A stretch of 32,052 nt of DNA. Source: Bacteroidota bacterium (GTDB lineage Bacteria; Bacteroidota; Bacteroidia; J057; JADKCL01). Shown one piece after another: positions 1-11,900 of this stretch. Position 1 is the stretch's first letter. Every line of letters starts with the position of its first letter. The position numbers were made by a program, and so were the translations under genes. The stretch is from assembly GCA_039024435.1 (NCBI GenBank), contig JBCCQH010000095.1, forward strand, positions 1 through 32,052, given 5' to 3'. A model generated the notes under the pieces. The model was not told where the DNA came from. It searched no databases and worked only from the letters and a program-made list of their open reading frames with translations.

Positions 1-3000
1 CCGTGGATCGTATGCGCAAAGTCCAGGCCCTGCACCTTCTCCTCCCCAATCTCCTGCCGCGCCCGCGAACCGTGCAAATAATAAAACGCCTTCTCGTCCC
101 GGTCCCAATTGACCGCATTGGTCGACGTTTGCACCAGCGCCAGCCGGTTCGCCGCATCGTAGAAATACCGGTGCAGCCATTGGTCCGCCTCTCCCTCCTG
201 GAAAGCGAAATAGTTTATATTTCCCGAAATCAAATCGTATTCGTAGCGCAGCCGCTTGTAGCCCTGCCCGTAAGCCTGCAACTCATGGAACGCGTGTACC
301 AACTCCGAAACATTGCCGTGCTCGTCGTAGGAATAATGACAGAGGTAATCGTACGGACCACTGCCTGAGTTGCGCCGCGCCGTCGCCGAAACCCGATTGC
401 GCAGATTGTCCGGCGCAAAAGCCGGGACCGCAAACGGACTCGCGTCGTACCAGGTATAGGTAATGTCCCGCGTGGCCGTTGCCGCGCCCAAGATCGTGTT
501 CCGATCCGCCGCATCCAGGATAAAACTGTGGCTGAACAAAGCGTTGCCCGAAGCAATCGCATTGTCCATCTCCCCCACTTCCGTGGGGCGGCTCAAGAAA
601 TCGTACTGGGTGTAGGTGTACTTTTGCTGCGCATCGTTCTGGCGGGCATCCTGGGCAAAAATCGCCCGGCCCAAGTGGTCGTACCACACCTGACTGCGCC
701 CCTTGTCCGGGGTCACACTCTCCCGTACCCCCAGCAGCGAATTGTACCGGTAGCGCGTGCGCAACCCGTGTCCCGGATCGACCGGCGTGCTCGGCTTCGC
801 CGAGCCACTCACGAAGTGCGCCGCGTAAGCCGTCCGGTAGGCGTCCGCCCCCGCGAGGGTCGACGGATCGCGGATCACTTCCGTTCCCTCCGGCGGAATC
901 GTCGCCTGCAAAGCCCCCGAATTGTCCCGGTAGTACAGCGTGTACTGGTATTCCGCCTCGTCGTGGATGCGTTCAAAACGCTCTCCCGGCGCTTCCAGGC
1001 ACCTCGCCACGTAGCGCTCCCGGAAATTGCGCCGCACCGAGTCCCGGTAAGCCTCGTACCGCACCTCCGCCCGGAAAACCGCCAGGTCCATTTGCTCCTG
1101 CGCACACGGATCCGGACCCGCAGGCTGCGGAATCCCGTTGCACAACCGGAGCTCCGCCGCATCTGCCGCAATCGGGCCCGCATCGACGATTTGCTGCAAG
1201 CGCACCGCCCAGGGCAAGGCAACCGTGTCGCCCACCGCAACCACAAACGTATCCACTTCCGGGGAAGCATCCTGATAGGTCCGGTACGTACCCGGCAATA
1301 CCGCCACCCGATTGGCATTGCCGGCCGAACAAGTCGCCTGAAAATCCGCGTACTGAACCGCGGTCAAACTGAAATTTTGTACCTCATTCGCGTAGGTCGC
1401 AAACAGATCCCAGAAATTGCCCGTCGCCGCCAGGGTATAAGGCGTCGCCGCCTCAAAATCGGTGACCAGGCCCGCCATCTGCGCACAATCGATGCAGCAA
1501 TCCTCACTCACCTCCCGGATCATGATCTGATCCAGCCCAAAATCATTGCCCGTTTCGCTGAGCATGTAGTTGCGGATGGTCAACTTGATCGCCCAAGGAT
1601 CCGCCGGATTGGCGCCCGGATCGGGATTGTTCGGAGCCGTCCAGAAGTACTCCACGTATTTCCAGCGGCCCGGATCTTTCGGGACAATCGCCGGCGCAAA
1701 AGCGTTCTGGTAATCGGGGGTCCCCCCCGTGGCCGTAAACGATTCCAGCAACACGTCGAGGGAAGGATCGTACTTGTTGCGGTGCTTGATCAGGTCCTTG
1801 CCTGCCACGTCCCACAGATTGATCACCCGGTAACTGATCTGATAGGTTTTGCCCGGGATTACCCCGCCCGGCACCACCGGACTGCCAAAGGAATACACGT
1901 CATAGGTAGCCCCCGAAGGCGGCGGCGTCTGCCCGTAAGTCGTGTAGCCCCCCGTGAGACCGTACTCGCCCCGCATGAGCAGGAAATGTCCATTGACGTC
2001 CGGGAACAACGCCGAACCCGTCACCGGAAACGCACTCGGATCCGCCATGCAGTCCGCCCCGTTGCCGATGCCCCACAGGCCATTGTCCTGGATATTCGGA
2101 GCCACGCAGGCAAAGTTGTAGGGGCAATTCGCCGTGCCGCAACTTCCATTGCAGAAATTGGGCGCAGCTTGCGCCACCTGATTCGTGCAACTACCGGGCA
2201 GATAAGCTTCCGTGGTTGCATTGAAAGCCCCACCAAAGTGCCGGTATTCACCCACCGCCCCCTGCGGCTCAAAATCGTCCCAATAAAGGGTGTCGCTCAC
2301 CCCGCCACAGCCCGCATCGGTAAAGGGAACCGGATCGTCAAACTGCATGGGCATCCCGAGCAGAAGGTGCGAGCACAAACCATTGGCCGTCACCACCGAG
2401 CCATAATAATGCGTGATGACGTCCGCGAAACTGAAGAAAGTTACCCCCTGGCTGGGGCTCAAATAGCCCGGTCCGGAGGGCGTATTGGCGGCGCCGAGTG
2501 GATTGTTGACGTCACAGCCGGCGGCGCAAACGCCCTGCAGATCGTCCAGGACATCTTGCTGGTTCACTCCGCTGGACAAAGCATCACAGTCCGCCAACTG
2601 GATCGCCCAGTAGTCGCGGTAAGCCGCACATTGCGTGCTGCAATTCTGCGTGAGCGCCCCATTTGCGAGGTTGCTGATGTCCTGGGCCAGGGTGCCCGAA
2701 TTGACATCGATTCCATTGACATTGCTGAAATCCGGGTGGAGCCGGTCTTTGGTGTCCCAATTCGTCGATCCGCAGATGATATTGCTGCCCGGCTTGCGCA
2801 CCTGGTTCACGCAGGGATGGTAGGCGTGGAAATAATAATCCAGCATCCGCTGGCGGAAGGAGAAAAACAGGCGCTTGTAATTGTCCCATTCCGCATCCTG
2901 GGTGGCCGGATTGCTCCCCAGCACCAAAGAAGGACAGCCCGCCGGATTCCCCGGACAGTTCGTCGCGATCACCGCCACCTGGGGCAAGTTGTAGGTCGTC

Positions 3001-5918
3001 CCCTGAATCGTGGCAAAATTCGTCCAGGCATTGTCCCAATAGGTCCGCTGGGGCGTGCCCGGGGCAAAGATGCCCCCCGTTTGCGACAGGGGATCGCTTG
3101 CCGCGGGATTGGTGTAGTCGAGCGGTACCGTTCCGCCCCCGTAAGTGTCAATGGCCAGCAGATTCTCCCCGTAACTGTGCTCGGCATCCAAACCGCTGCA
3201 CCATTGCCAGTAGCAATATTCCGGATGGTAGGGCACCAGCGCCTGGGCCCAGCTTGCCTCCCAGTTCTGAATGAAGTCCTCCAGCGACAGCAAAGCCGGC
3301 GATACACCGTTGACCTGGGCCGGATTCCCCAGGGCATCCACGTAGCCTCCAACCGGGGACTTGAAAGGGAAACTGAGCGTCGTGATGTTCCCGGTTGCCG
3401 GATTGACCTGCCCCAAACAAAGGTCTCCGGCAAACACATTGATTCCGTCGGTCGCCAAATAGTTGCCGCCCGCGATCTGCCAACCCGCGTACTGCCCGCC
3501 GGGCGAAACATCGTTCAGCATAGCATTGTACAACGCCTCGCACCAATCGGCCGCGCAATCGGCACGGCACAGCTCCTCCAAGTCAGGATCGGTGTACTGG
3601 GCCGGCGGCGGCGAAGGACAATCGGCACACCCCAAGTTGCAACCAGCCGTGTCCACATTTTCCATCTCCTCCAACAGGAAATCAGCAAGGCCTTTAAGAC
3701 AGATGTTGTTCGCCAAAAAATGCTCGGTGTACGCCGCGATGGCCGCTTCATTGACCTTGAGGCGCTTGATCGCAGTGTACTTGCCCACGGTCAGATCCCC
3801 AAAAAATTCGTCGTAGGTCGTATTGGGCAGCAGCAGGTCACCGTCGGGCGTACACTGCCCGTCCAGCTCCGGTCCACTGATCGTGATCGAAACCGGACCG
3901 TCCTTGAGCACATCGTTGCCGCAGTCGTCGAGGACCGTGATTTCCAAATCGTAGATGCAATCGTAGCAGCCCCCCGGCACACAGAGATCAAATAGCTGGT
4001 GGTCGTCCACCTGGTACTCAAAATTGTGGCGCCCCGCACTGGTCACCAGGAATTCAGTCACGCTGAGCAGCGTGCCTTCTTCCAGGTTTTTCTCATTGCG
4101 GCGCAGCAAGTCCTTGCGCAGAGCCGTCCGCACAATATTGCTGTCCAGCGCGATCAAGCTGGCCGGAGAAACACCGGCCAGTGCGGTCGCGATCACCTCC
4201 CCCGAGCCATCCAGGTAACTCACGCTCACCTGCCCGTTTGCGTCGACCACCAGGTTTTTGCGGTAATGCGCCGCAAATCCGACCTCCGAACCAAACAACT
4301 TGTCCAGGTCTTCCTGCTCGGCCGAACCGTAAAAATACCGGGTTTCGTGGCCGCTGCCCAGGTGGTGGTCCGGACCGACCGTGCTTTGGCTGGCGATCCG
4401 TCCGGTGGCGTCCGGGGTGAAAGTCGTCTGCACGAAGGGATAGCCTCCGGCGTCCGGCAGGTGCGCCTGGGCCGCCCAGTGCTGGTGCGTCGCGTCCACC
4501 GTGTAGTTCCCCCCACCAAAGTAACCGCTGTAAGAAGCAGAGCTGTAGTAATATCCTGCGCCCCGGGAACTGCCGAAAGCCTCGCTTTGGGTTGCGCACA
4601 CCCCGGGATTGTCCCGGTCAAAATCGTTGCGGTCGTACCGCCCCCCACCGGTATCCTCGTTGAAGAAGTCAAAGTAGCGCAGCTTGGGCGCGTGCAACAA
4701 TGCCGGCGCCGGCAATGCCTGCACCGCCGGCCGCCCCTGGTGATCGTAGTAAGATTCGCCCACCACCGCCGTGCTGTCCGCATTGTTTTTGCTGACCTGC
4801 TGGCGCTGGCGCAAAGTCCCGTCCAGGAACGCTACCGATCCCATGCGCACCCCGTCCTCCACGTAGGTCGCGCTGAACTGCCAGTTCAAGTCCCGTTCCT
4901 CCCCAAAAATCCGTTCCGCGTGCTCCCCGATTAAATTGCTGTCGTCGATAAAGCCGATGATGTCCGCAATGGTCCCCCGGCCGTCGCCGTCGGTATCGTA
5001 TTGGTCGCTGGTCCAGCGGGTGGGCACCCGGTGCAAGGTCAGCCCATCCCAGACGTGGCGGATCGCCCGGATGCGGTAGATGATGTAGCCCGCCTCGTAC
5101 ATCAGCGGGATCCGGTAAAAGTTAAACGGGGTCGCTACCCGCGTCGCATTGTTCCGGAAATCGTACGCCAAGGCTGTGCTGTAATTGAACAGCGGATCGT
5201 CCACCGCATTCACAAAAGTCCACTCCAACTCGTATTCTTCCGCCCCTTCCACAAATTCCCAGCGCACCTCCATTTCCCCGATGTCATTCATCCGCTTGTG
5301 CTCCAAATCGAGGTTTTCCGCCACTCCGCTCACCGGACTGAACATCCCATCGTCCTGGCGCTGCCGATCCACCACGATGCGGCTTTCCAGGTAGACGTGC
5401 TGCGGCGTGACCCCCACCGGAACATTCCCGGAAATGGTCACCTGCTGGATCTCCACGATGGCATAGTGTACGCCATCCCGAACCCGGAGGTCGCGGATCC
5501 GCTCGTTGCTGCTGCCGCCCGCCGGATCGTAATTGACCACCAGGGTTTCGGTCCCGGTGCTCTGGTTGAAAAACCGGTCAAATGCGGTGTAGCGGACCAC
5601 CACCGTGGCCGTAAAATCGCCTTCCACCACCAGGCTGCTCCGGTCGATCCCCAGTTCGAGTTCTCCCTGGCTTTGGCGGACCGCGTAGCCGTCCAGCCAG
5701 TTGGGATTGTTCAGGCCCGTAGGGAAGAGATCGTCCTGGGTGTAGACGAATGCATTGGGAGCAATCTGGCTGCCGGCCAGGCGGCTGTTGAACTCAATCC
5801 GGCCGGCCTGCAGGGAAAGTGCCAGCCCACAGAGCGCGAGCACAAACGCGGTTCCCCAGCGCAGCAAAGCGGAAAAATTGCGCGGAATATTCATGGTAAT
5901 CGGTGAATGCTTGGTCAT
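1..5918 (-). CDS. Giant RHS/YD-repeat protein with N-terminal signal peptide and Cys-rich region. The 5' start (ATG) is in the window, the 3' end runs beyond the left edge, and at least 1970 aa are encoded here. It is missing from the ORF track because there is no in-window stop.
   Basis: The minus frame with codon phase 3..5918 is open throughout, and every reported minus-strand ORF in 1..5900 lies in one of the other two frames. My own translation begins MTKHSPITMNIPRNFSALLRWGTAFVLALCGLALSLQA (signal-like) and contains Cys-rich stretches such as CNLGCADCPSPP...CRADCAADWCEALY. The C-terminal part is dense with YD repeats, which I spot-checked at 440-480 (TATRDITYTWYDA): VWYDHLGRAIFAQDARQ, CHYSYDEHGNVSEL, RYEYDLISGNINYFAFQEG, QYTLYYRDNSGALQATIPPEG. 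The ATG lies 10 bp downstream of the stop of the TcB-like gene. Confidence 0.8.
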   Translation of the reverse strand, partial: MTKHSPITMNIPRNFSALLRWGTAFVLALCGLALSLQAGRIEFNSRLAGSQIAPNAFVYTQDDLFPTGLNNPNWLDGYAVRQSQGELELGIDRSSLVVEGDFTATVVVRYTAFDRFFNQSTGTETLVVNYDPAGGSSNERIRDLRVRDGVHYAIVEIQQVTISGNVPVGVTPQHVYLESRIVVDRQRQDDGMFSPVSGVAENLDLEHKRMNDIGEMEVRWEFVEGAEEYELEWTFVNAVDDPLFNYSTALAYDFRNNATRVATPFNFYRIPLMYEAGYIIYRIRAIRHVWDGLTLHRVPTRWTSDQYDTDGDGRGTIADIIGFIDDSNLIGEHAERIFGEERDLNWQFSATYVEDGVRMGSVAFLDGTLRQRQQVSKNNADSTAVVGESYYDHQGRPAVQALPAPALLHAPKLRYFDFFNEDTGGGRYDRNDFDRDNPGVCATQSEAFGSSRGAGYYYSSASYSGYFGGGNYTVDATHQHWAAQAHLPDAGGYPFVQTTFTPDATGRIASQSTVGPDHHLGSGHETRYFYGSAEQEDLDKLFGSEVGFAAHYRKNLVVDANGQVSVSYLDGSGEVIATALAGVSPASLIALDSNIVRTALRKDLLRRNEKNLEEGTLLSVTEFLVTSAGRHNFEYQVDDHQLFDLCVPGGCYDCIYDLEITVLDDCGNDVLKDGPVSITISGPELDGQCTPDGDLLLPNTTYDEFFGDLTVGKYTAIKRLKVNEAAIAAYTEHFLANNICLKGLADFLLEEMENVDTAGCNLGCADCPSPPPAQYTDPDLEELCRADCAADWCEALYNAMLNDVSPGGQYAGWQIAGGNYLATDGINVFAGDLCLGQVNPATGNITTLSFPFKSPVGGYVDALGNPAQVNGVSPALLSLEDFIQNWEASWAQALVPYHPEYCYWQWCSGLDAEHSYGENLLAIDTYGGGTVPLDYTNPAASDPLSQTGGIFAPGTPQRTYWDNAWTNFATIQGTTYNLPQVAVIATNCPGNPAGCPSLVLGSNPATQDAEWDNYKRLFFSFRQRMLDYYFHAYHPCVNQVRKPGSNIICGSTNWDTKDRLHPDFSNVNGIDVNSGTLAQDISNLANGALTQNCSTQCAAYRDYWAIQLADCDALSSGVNQQDVLDDLQGVCAAGCDVNNPLGAANTPSGPGYLSPSQGVTFFSFADVITHYYGSVVTANGLCSHLLLGMPMQFDDPVPFTDAGCGGVSDTLYWDDFEPQGAVGEYRHFGGAFNATTEAYLPGSCTNQVAQAAPNFCNGSCGTANCPYNFACVAPNIQDNGLWGIGNGADCMADPSAFPVTGSALFPDVNGHFLLMRGEYGLTGGYTTYGQTPPPSGATYDVYSFGSPVVPGGVIPGKTYQISYRVINLWDVAGKDLIKHRNKYDPSLDVLLESFTATGGTPDYQNAFAPAIVPKDPGRWKYVEYFWTAPNNPDPGANPADPWAIKLTIRNYMLSETGNDFGLDQIMIREVSEDCCIDCAQMAGLVTDFEAATPYTLAATGNFWDLFATYANEVQNFSLTAVQYADFQATCSAGNANRVAVLPGTYRTYQDASPEVDTFVVAVGDTVALPWAVRLQQIVDAGPIAADAAELRLCNGIPQPAGPDPCAQEQMDLAVFRAEVRYEAYRDSVRRNFRERYVARCLEAPGERFERIHDEAEYQYTLYYRDNSGALQATIPPEGTEVIRDPSTLAGADAYRTAYAAHFVSGSAKPSTPVDPGHGLRTRYRYNSLLGVRESVTPDKGRSQVWYDHLGRAIFAQDARQNDAQQKYTYTQYDFLSRPTEVGEMDNAIASGNALFSHSFILDAADRNTILGAATATRDITYTWYDASPFAVPAFAPDNLRNRVSATARRNSGSGPYDYLCHYSYDEHGNVSELVHAFHELQAYGQGYKRLRYEYDLISGNINYFAFQEGEADQWLHRYFYDAANRLALVQTSTNAVNWDRDEKAFYYLHGSRARQEIGEEKVQGLDFAHTIH

Positions 5919-5928
5919 GGCCGTAAAA

Positions 5929-8900
5929 TCAATTGAAGCTTACTTTTCTCAGGCTGGTGCGGGATTCCTGTACCGTGTGGATCCCGCGCTCGGTTTCTTT
6001 CTTTACCCGGATCAACGCGCCATCCTCGTCGTACTCGTAGAAGGTGGCGTAGTGATTGGCGTCCAGTTCGGCCATCAGCCGACGGTTGTAGGGATGGTAC
6101 ACGTAGCTCTTCACGATGGCATCTTTCGGGGAAATGCGCACATCGTCGAAATAGACCGGGCCTTGCGCCGGACCGGTATTCGCAAAGCGCACGAATACAT
6201 TCAGGGGACCATTGGCCCCGAGCGGCAGATCCGGCACGGCAAATTCATGCTCTATGCGCTGCCAGCCGTCGATCATGGTGCCCTTGCTGCCGATGGTTTC
6301 CGTGGCTCCGACGGCGTTGCCGTCTCCATCGGTGAAGTAGAGCAGCATGCGGCTGCGGTCGGCCCGCAACGGAGGAATGTCGCTTCCGGTGTCCTCCTGC
6401 CGGGTCCAGGCCAGCAAGACGTAATCGCCCGCCGTCGGCTCAAATAGATCCAACCGATCATCCCAGCCGGTGACGTACTCCTGGTTGCCATTCAGGCCGC
6501 CCCCGCTGCTTTGCGCGAAAACCTCGCTGCGTACCGTCGGGAAGTTCCCCTCCACTTTCAGGCTGCGGAATCCAGAATGGGCGGCGTCGGTGGACATTTG
6601 CCCGGAATACTGAACGAAGTCCCAATGGAACAATTCACACTGATTCGCGGTGGCGTCCCGCAGTACGTAATCCTCAAACCCATCAAACGCCAGTTGCCGG
6701 TACTCCGCATTTTGGCCCATGGCTGCCACCAGGCTTTGGTCGTAGCCCAAGATGGCACCGGCGTAGGTCACGATGGGATCGCTGCTCTCCACTTCGAGGC
6801 CGCGGGGGTGGAATTCTTCCGCTTGCTGGGTGTATTGCCAGCGTGCATTGGGGGTTCCGGCAAATGGATTCCCCGCATCTTTATCGCCGTACCAGCGCTG
6901 GACCCCACTGCTGTACCGCCAAAACGGCACGAAATCCGCCAGGACGCCGTCCTCCCGCAGCCGCGGCCGATTCGCGTCCACGTAAGCGCGGTCCTCCAGG
7001 AAGGCGTGGGTGCGCAAGGCCCGCCAGTGGCCCCGCAACCCCTGTACCCAGGGATTGACCACATCGCCCACGCTATCACAAGCGGTTGTATTCGGAAAGC
7101 GGGTATTGCCGCTGGAACACAGGGCCGGATTGGGCCAGGAGATCGGCCCGTAAACCACCGGCGTGGGCATCGCCGGACAATTCAATTCGAAGCTCACCAA
7201 CGAACGGTTCGGATCGTTCGGATCCGGCACCACCGCCAGATTGCTCAGAAAAAGATTGCCATTCGGACAGGGCACGGTGAGGTTCAGCGGGATCGTCTGA
7301 TTGAAAAATAGGTTTCCGTCGCAGTCATAAAACTCCAGGATCAGCGCCGCACTCGCCGGTGGCGTAACCACCCCTTCGTAATTGTACCCGCAGCCCACGC
7401 CCACCGGATAGCCAAAGGTATTCGCGGAATTGGCCAGCGGACCCAACAGATCCAACCAACTGCACCCCGCCACGCCGGGATAATCCGGATTCAGGAGCAT
7501 CTTCCAATCATCGCTGAATTCCGCCGCCGCGCTGGACAGCACCCAATCTTTTTGCGCATTTACGTCTAGAACATTGTTGACCAGGGGCGAATTTTCCAGG
7601 AATTGCACCGAGCCGGCCGCGGTTCCCGCCAGATTGCGCTGGATCGAGCGGATGATCTTGAGGTCAAACTGGGCGCCAGTGGAATTTCCGCTGTTGACCT
7701 GATTGCCCGCGCGGTCCACCAGGTAGAGGTTATTGCCCGCAATATGGCTCACCCAGTACGGTCCCAGGTACAGCCCGATTCCGTTGCGCTTCAGCAGCAC
7801 CTCGTCCCCCACCGCGAAATGAACCGCATCGCTGCCCGCGTTGATCGCCGCACCATTTCCCGGATCAAACTCCAAGCCCGTTTTCTGGTATTCCAGCCGG
7901 GGATACGCCAGTCCCATCCCACCATAGATCCAGTGGGCGGGATAGATCAGGTCGTAAATCGGCTGTTTGTATTCGTTCCAGGTCCGGGAAAGCAGGACCT
8001 GTCCAGTTTCCGAATCGTAGGCCAAGTGCTCGGTCGGAATCTGGGCCTGGCGGTCGTACTGCACGATTTTTTCCAGGATGGCGGAGCGGTCGATGACTTT
8101 GGTGGCCACCGCCGAGCGGAAACGGGTCCGCTCCAAGGTCAGGCCCGGAATGCTCGACACGATGGGTGCCGGAGCATTGGGCTGAAAGTCGATCTGGGCC
8201 CGCAAGTCCACCGCCACCGAGGCGGTTTTGTATTCACGCATGTCGGTCACCATGTCCAGGGTCAGGCCCATCTCCGCTTCAGCCACGGTCCCATCCGGCC
8301 GGATCACCAGCACACGGTTGTCGAGGGTGTCCCGCAGCTCACCGCGGGTCCGGTAGAAGTAGCGGGTTCCGCTGATCTCCCGCGCCACCAGCTTGTGGGG
8401 CGGAGCATTCGGATCGGGTTCTGGATAGGCAAATATCGCCTTGGGCTTGCCGTGCATATCGTTGCGCTCCACCACAAAACCTTCGGCGGCGGTCATGAAG
8501 TCGGTCATGCCGGCTTTGAAGAAAGCGGGGATGAAGCGACTGGTCGAGCGCCGTTTGCGGGGTCCGGTATCGCGGACCCGAGTGGGAAAATCTTTGGCGG
8601 TATAGAACTCGTGGACCGCGTATCCGGTGGCATTTTTGCGCACGTTGGCGTGGGGGAGATTGCGCACAGTGATCTGGCGGTAACCCACGGTGGGGGCAGG
8701 AAACATGGATTCCCCCAACGGTTCTTCCTGCAGAAAACGCTCGTCGGCGGCCAGGAAATTGCTTTGCTCGTAGCGCACCGGCTGGCGGAAGGGATTTTCA
8801 TCGCCGCCAATGATGGGCTCGTAGGCCGCCACCCCGGAACTGATCCGGCGGGTCATATCTGCATCGGGTTGGTTCAGATCCGGAATCGCCTCGGCAACCG

Positions 8901-11900
8901 TGTACTCGTAGATCTTCCCGTAACGGAAATCGGTCCCGGTTGTCCCGGTCATTTCGTCCCAATTGTCGTACATCAGGATCCGCTTCACCCGGTGGCCTCC
9001 GCCGTACTTGACCCGATTGGGATCGGGTAGGCGAATGAAACTCTGCGTCTTGTCGATGTTCTGCCCGTATTTCTGCTGGTTGTACATCCAGCGGTTGCGG
9101 GAAGAAAAGACCAGAAAAATATCCCGGAAAAAGCCCAACATGCCCCGCATTGCGCCTTCAAAACCGGCTTGGGCTGGATCGTAGGCCGTGCTCCCCCGGT
9201 AGACCAGGTGATTTTGTTGCAGCACCATCTGGTCCCAGGTCGCCTTGGCGATGGGGTGGACCTGCAGGCCGCTGCCTTGGTCCTGGTCCTGCACCGATTC
9301 CAGGCGGACCTTGATCCAACCGCGGGTGTAGGCTCCGTTGCCATTCACCGAAGCATTGTCCAGACCAGCGACGATGCGGCCATCCGCCCGTTCCAGCTCG
9401 GCGTAACCCCGCACAAATTCCTCGTGCTCCCCGGGACGCGGGGCCCAGGCCAGGGCATTCCATTCTACCAGACAGCGGAAGTAGAGGTATTGGCCCAGAT
9501 CGTGGATGTAATCCTGGTAGAAGCGCTCATCGTCCCGGTCATCCCCCGTCCGCTGGGGGATCGGTTCCTCCAGGTCAAAGTACAAATAGGAATACTGCGC
9601 GTTGCTGGCCGGATCGTAGAGGATACTGCGTGCGCTGGCGGTGGCATCGTCAGGGAGATTGCTCAGTCCAGTGATGGTCATCATCCGCATGGCGCGCCGG
9701 TTCTGCACGTGGGCGTAGTCGTCGGCCTCGTATTCCACTTCCATGCGCCCTCCGCTGGGGAGGTCCACCGCAGTCAGGCACCAAGCCGAGGCATAGCTGT
9801 CCACCAATGCCTTGTCCTGAACCACGTAGGGATAGTCGACGTTTTTGAGTTCGTCCTGGTTGTTGCTCAGCGAAGGCGTGTACATTCCCCAGCGGTCATT
9901 TTCCTGGGGATTGTAGGCCGGATTCAACCCTCCGTAGTGGAAGACGTAGTTGTTCATCTTGCCCTTGGTGGAGTTGTAATGGGTAAAATAGATTCGCTTC
10001 AGCGTCAGTTTGCCGCCTTGATTTGCCAGTTCATTTTCCTGGGCACTGGCCGGGCTGTTGTCGTTGTTCGGGACACTCGGACACAGCGAGTAGTCGTACT
10101 CAAAATGGACCGACTGGATCGGGACCGGGGCCTGCCCGGTGGGCGGATTCAGGTATTCCCGCCGGGCAAACAGGTCGATGCGATTCAACTTGCGCAAGTT
10201 CATATTGGGATCGATTCCGCCGTGCTCCCCCATCACGCCGTGGCCATCCTTCCGATCCGAAAGCACAAAGAAGGCCACGTAATCGCGGGATTCAATCGAG
10301 TGCAGGTACCAAATTTCCTTTTCGCCGTAGCTGTAGCTGGCTTGGTCGTCGGTGGGATCGCCCCGCAGGCCGGGATTGTGCTTCGCCCGCCATTGCTCGT
10401 AAGGCGCCCGCCAGCGGTAGCTCGCCTGATCCCGGCTATAATTGAACTTGACGTAGCTGCCGATGTCATCTCCGCTGGGACCATCGCCGGTGCGGTCTTC
10501 GTAATCCGACGAAAGGTAGGCGGTGAGCAAATAGCTGTGGGCATACGGATCGACTTCAGTTTCATCGATAAAGCCGTCCTGCCCGGCGGGCTCAATCGCC
10601 TGCGCCGTAGCATTGTAATAGCTTACGTAATCGATCTCGCCCCCATTGTAGGGCAGGGCGGTGGCATTCAGGGCGGATTTTCCCACACTGAAGCTCACAT
10701 CCTTTTGCACCCGGTTGTAGGCAGGGATGCCGTAGACGTAGCGGTTGCCGCCCTCCCCGAGCACGGTAAATTCCGAGGGATGGTGGTCTTTGCGGCCCGC
10801 CGCCGCATCGGCACGATTCAAGGTTGTCGCACTGGCGAGATTGCCGTTCACCGCGTAGGATTGGAGGGTTTTTTCCAAACCGCCGACCGCCGCTTCCCGG
10901 GCGGCCAGGACCGAAATTGCCGCATTGCCGGGCCGGCGCTGGTCGCGCAGTACGGGCGCATTCACCGGAACTGCATCCGCCGCCGCGTCCGAGAGGCCGG
11001 TGGTCCAGGCCGCTTGGGCGCTCACCCCGAGGGCCCCGCTCAAGCGCGGGCGCACCGGATCCAGTCCCCCTCGCTCGGCGAAGAAATCCGAATCCATTTG
11101 CACCTGCTCCCCCAGCATACGGAAAGTCGCCGGCTGATAGAGCGCCGATGCGGGATTGGCCTCGACGTAGTTCACCTTAGGCAGGAGTTCGTTCTGGTCG
11201 ATCCACTTGCCATTGCCGCCCGACATGAGGGCGGGCATCCAGTCCAGTCCCACGACATTGTTGCTGCCGACATTGGTCTGCAGGCCCGCATTCAGTACAC
11301 CATTGCTGCTGATGGTATTCGCCCGATCAAAAACCGCTCCCACGTCGCCCCGGTAGGCCCGAAATGCCCCCGCGACGCCTTGCCCACTCACCGCGTAGGT
11401 ATCGTAGGTCAGATTGGTGAGCGGCAGATGCGGCGTTTCCTTGCGCAGTCCGCCGTCATTTTCCCGAACAAAATCGAGGGAAGCCTCCCGGTCATCCTTC
11501 CCCTTGTGGAGGTTCAAATAACCGTAGGCAGACGAGGTGATGTTGTTTTTTTGGAATTCTTGCTGGGAATAGAATCCCGTGATCACCAAATCATTGTTCG
11601 AGATCCATCCCGGCAAGCCTTTGAAACCCTGGACCCGAAAGCTGGTAGAAATCGTGCGCATCGGGAAGTCGGTGCCCGGTGTGTAGGTCGGATGGGCCAA
11701 CTGCACCCCCTGCGACCAGGAAGGCAAATTCAGGCGGCGGTCGCCGCTCTTAAAGGCTTGGTTTTTCGCGGCGGTGAGGTTCAGTTGCCGCAGGCCGCTG
11801 CGCGAGTTGATTGCGGTCGTCAGGCTTAAATTTTGTCCCAAAGCCAGCTTTTTGCGCTTTTCTCCCAGGCCGCTGAATCCGAATTGCGGACGCACCGCCG

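Noticed and set aside
528-3995. 1155-aa plus-strand ORF (MAEQSVARSNRIVHLPHFRGAAQ...) and the neighbouring 3999..4934 and 5001..5906 plus ORFs
   Set aside because: They are extremely Arg/Val/Leu/Pro-rich with no motifs, as expected for the antisense frame of GC-rich coding DNA. The opposite strand translates into a coherent RHS protein.
7603-11829. Plus-strand ORFs of 475 aa (7603..9030) and 886 aa (9169..11829)
   Set aside because: They are antisense to the 2204-aa TcB-like gene and have a low-complexity Arg/Gly/His-rich composition.
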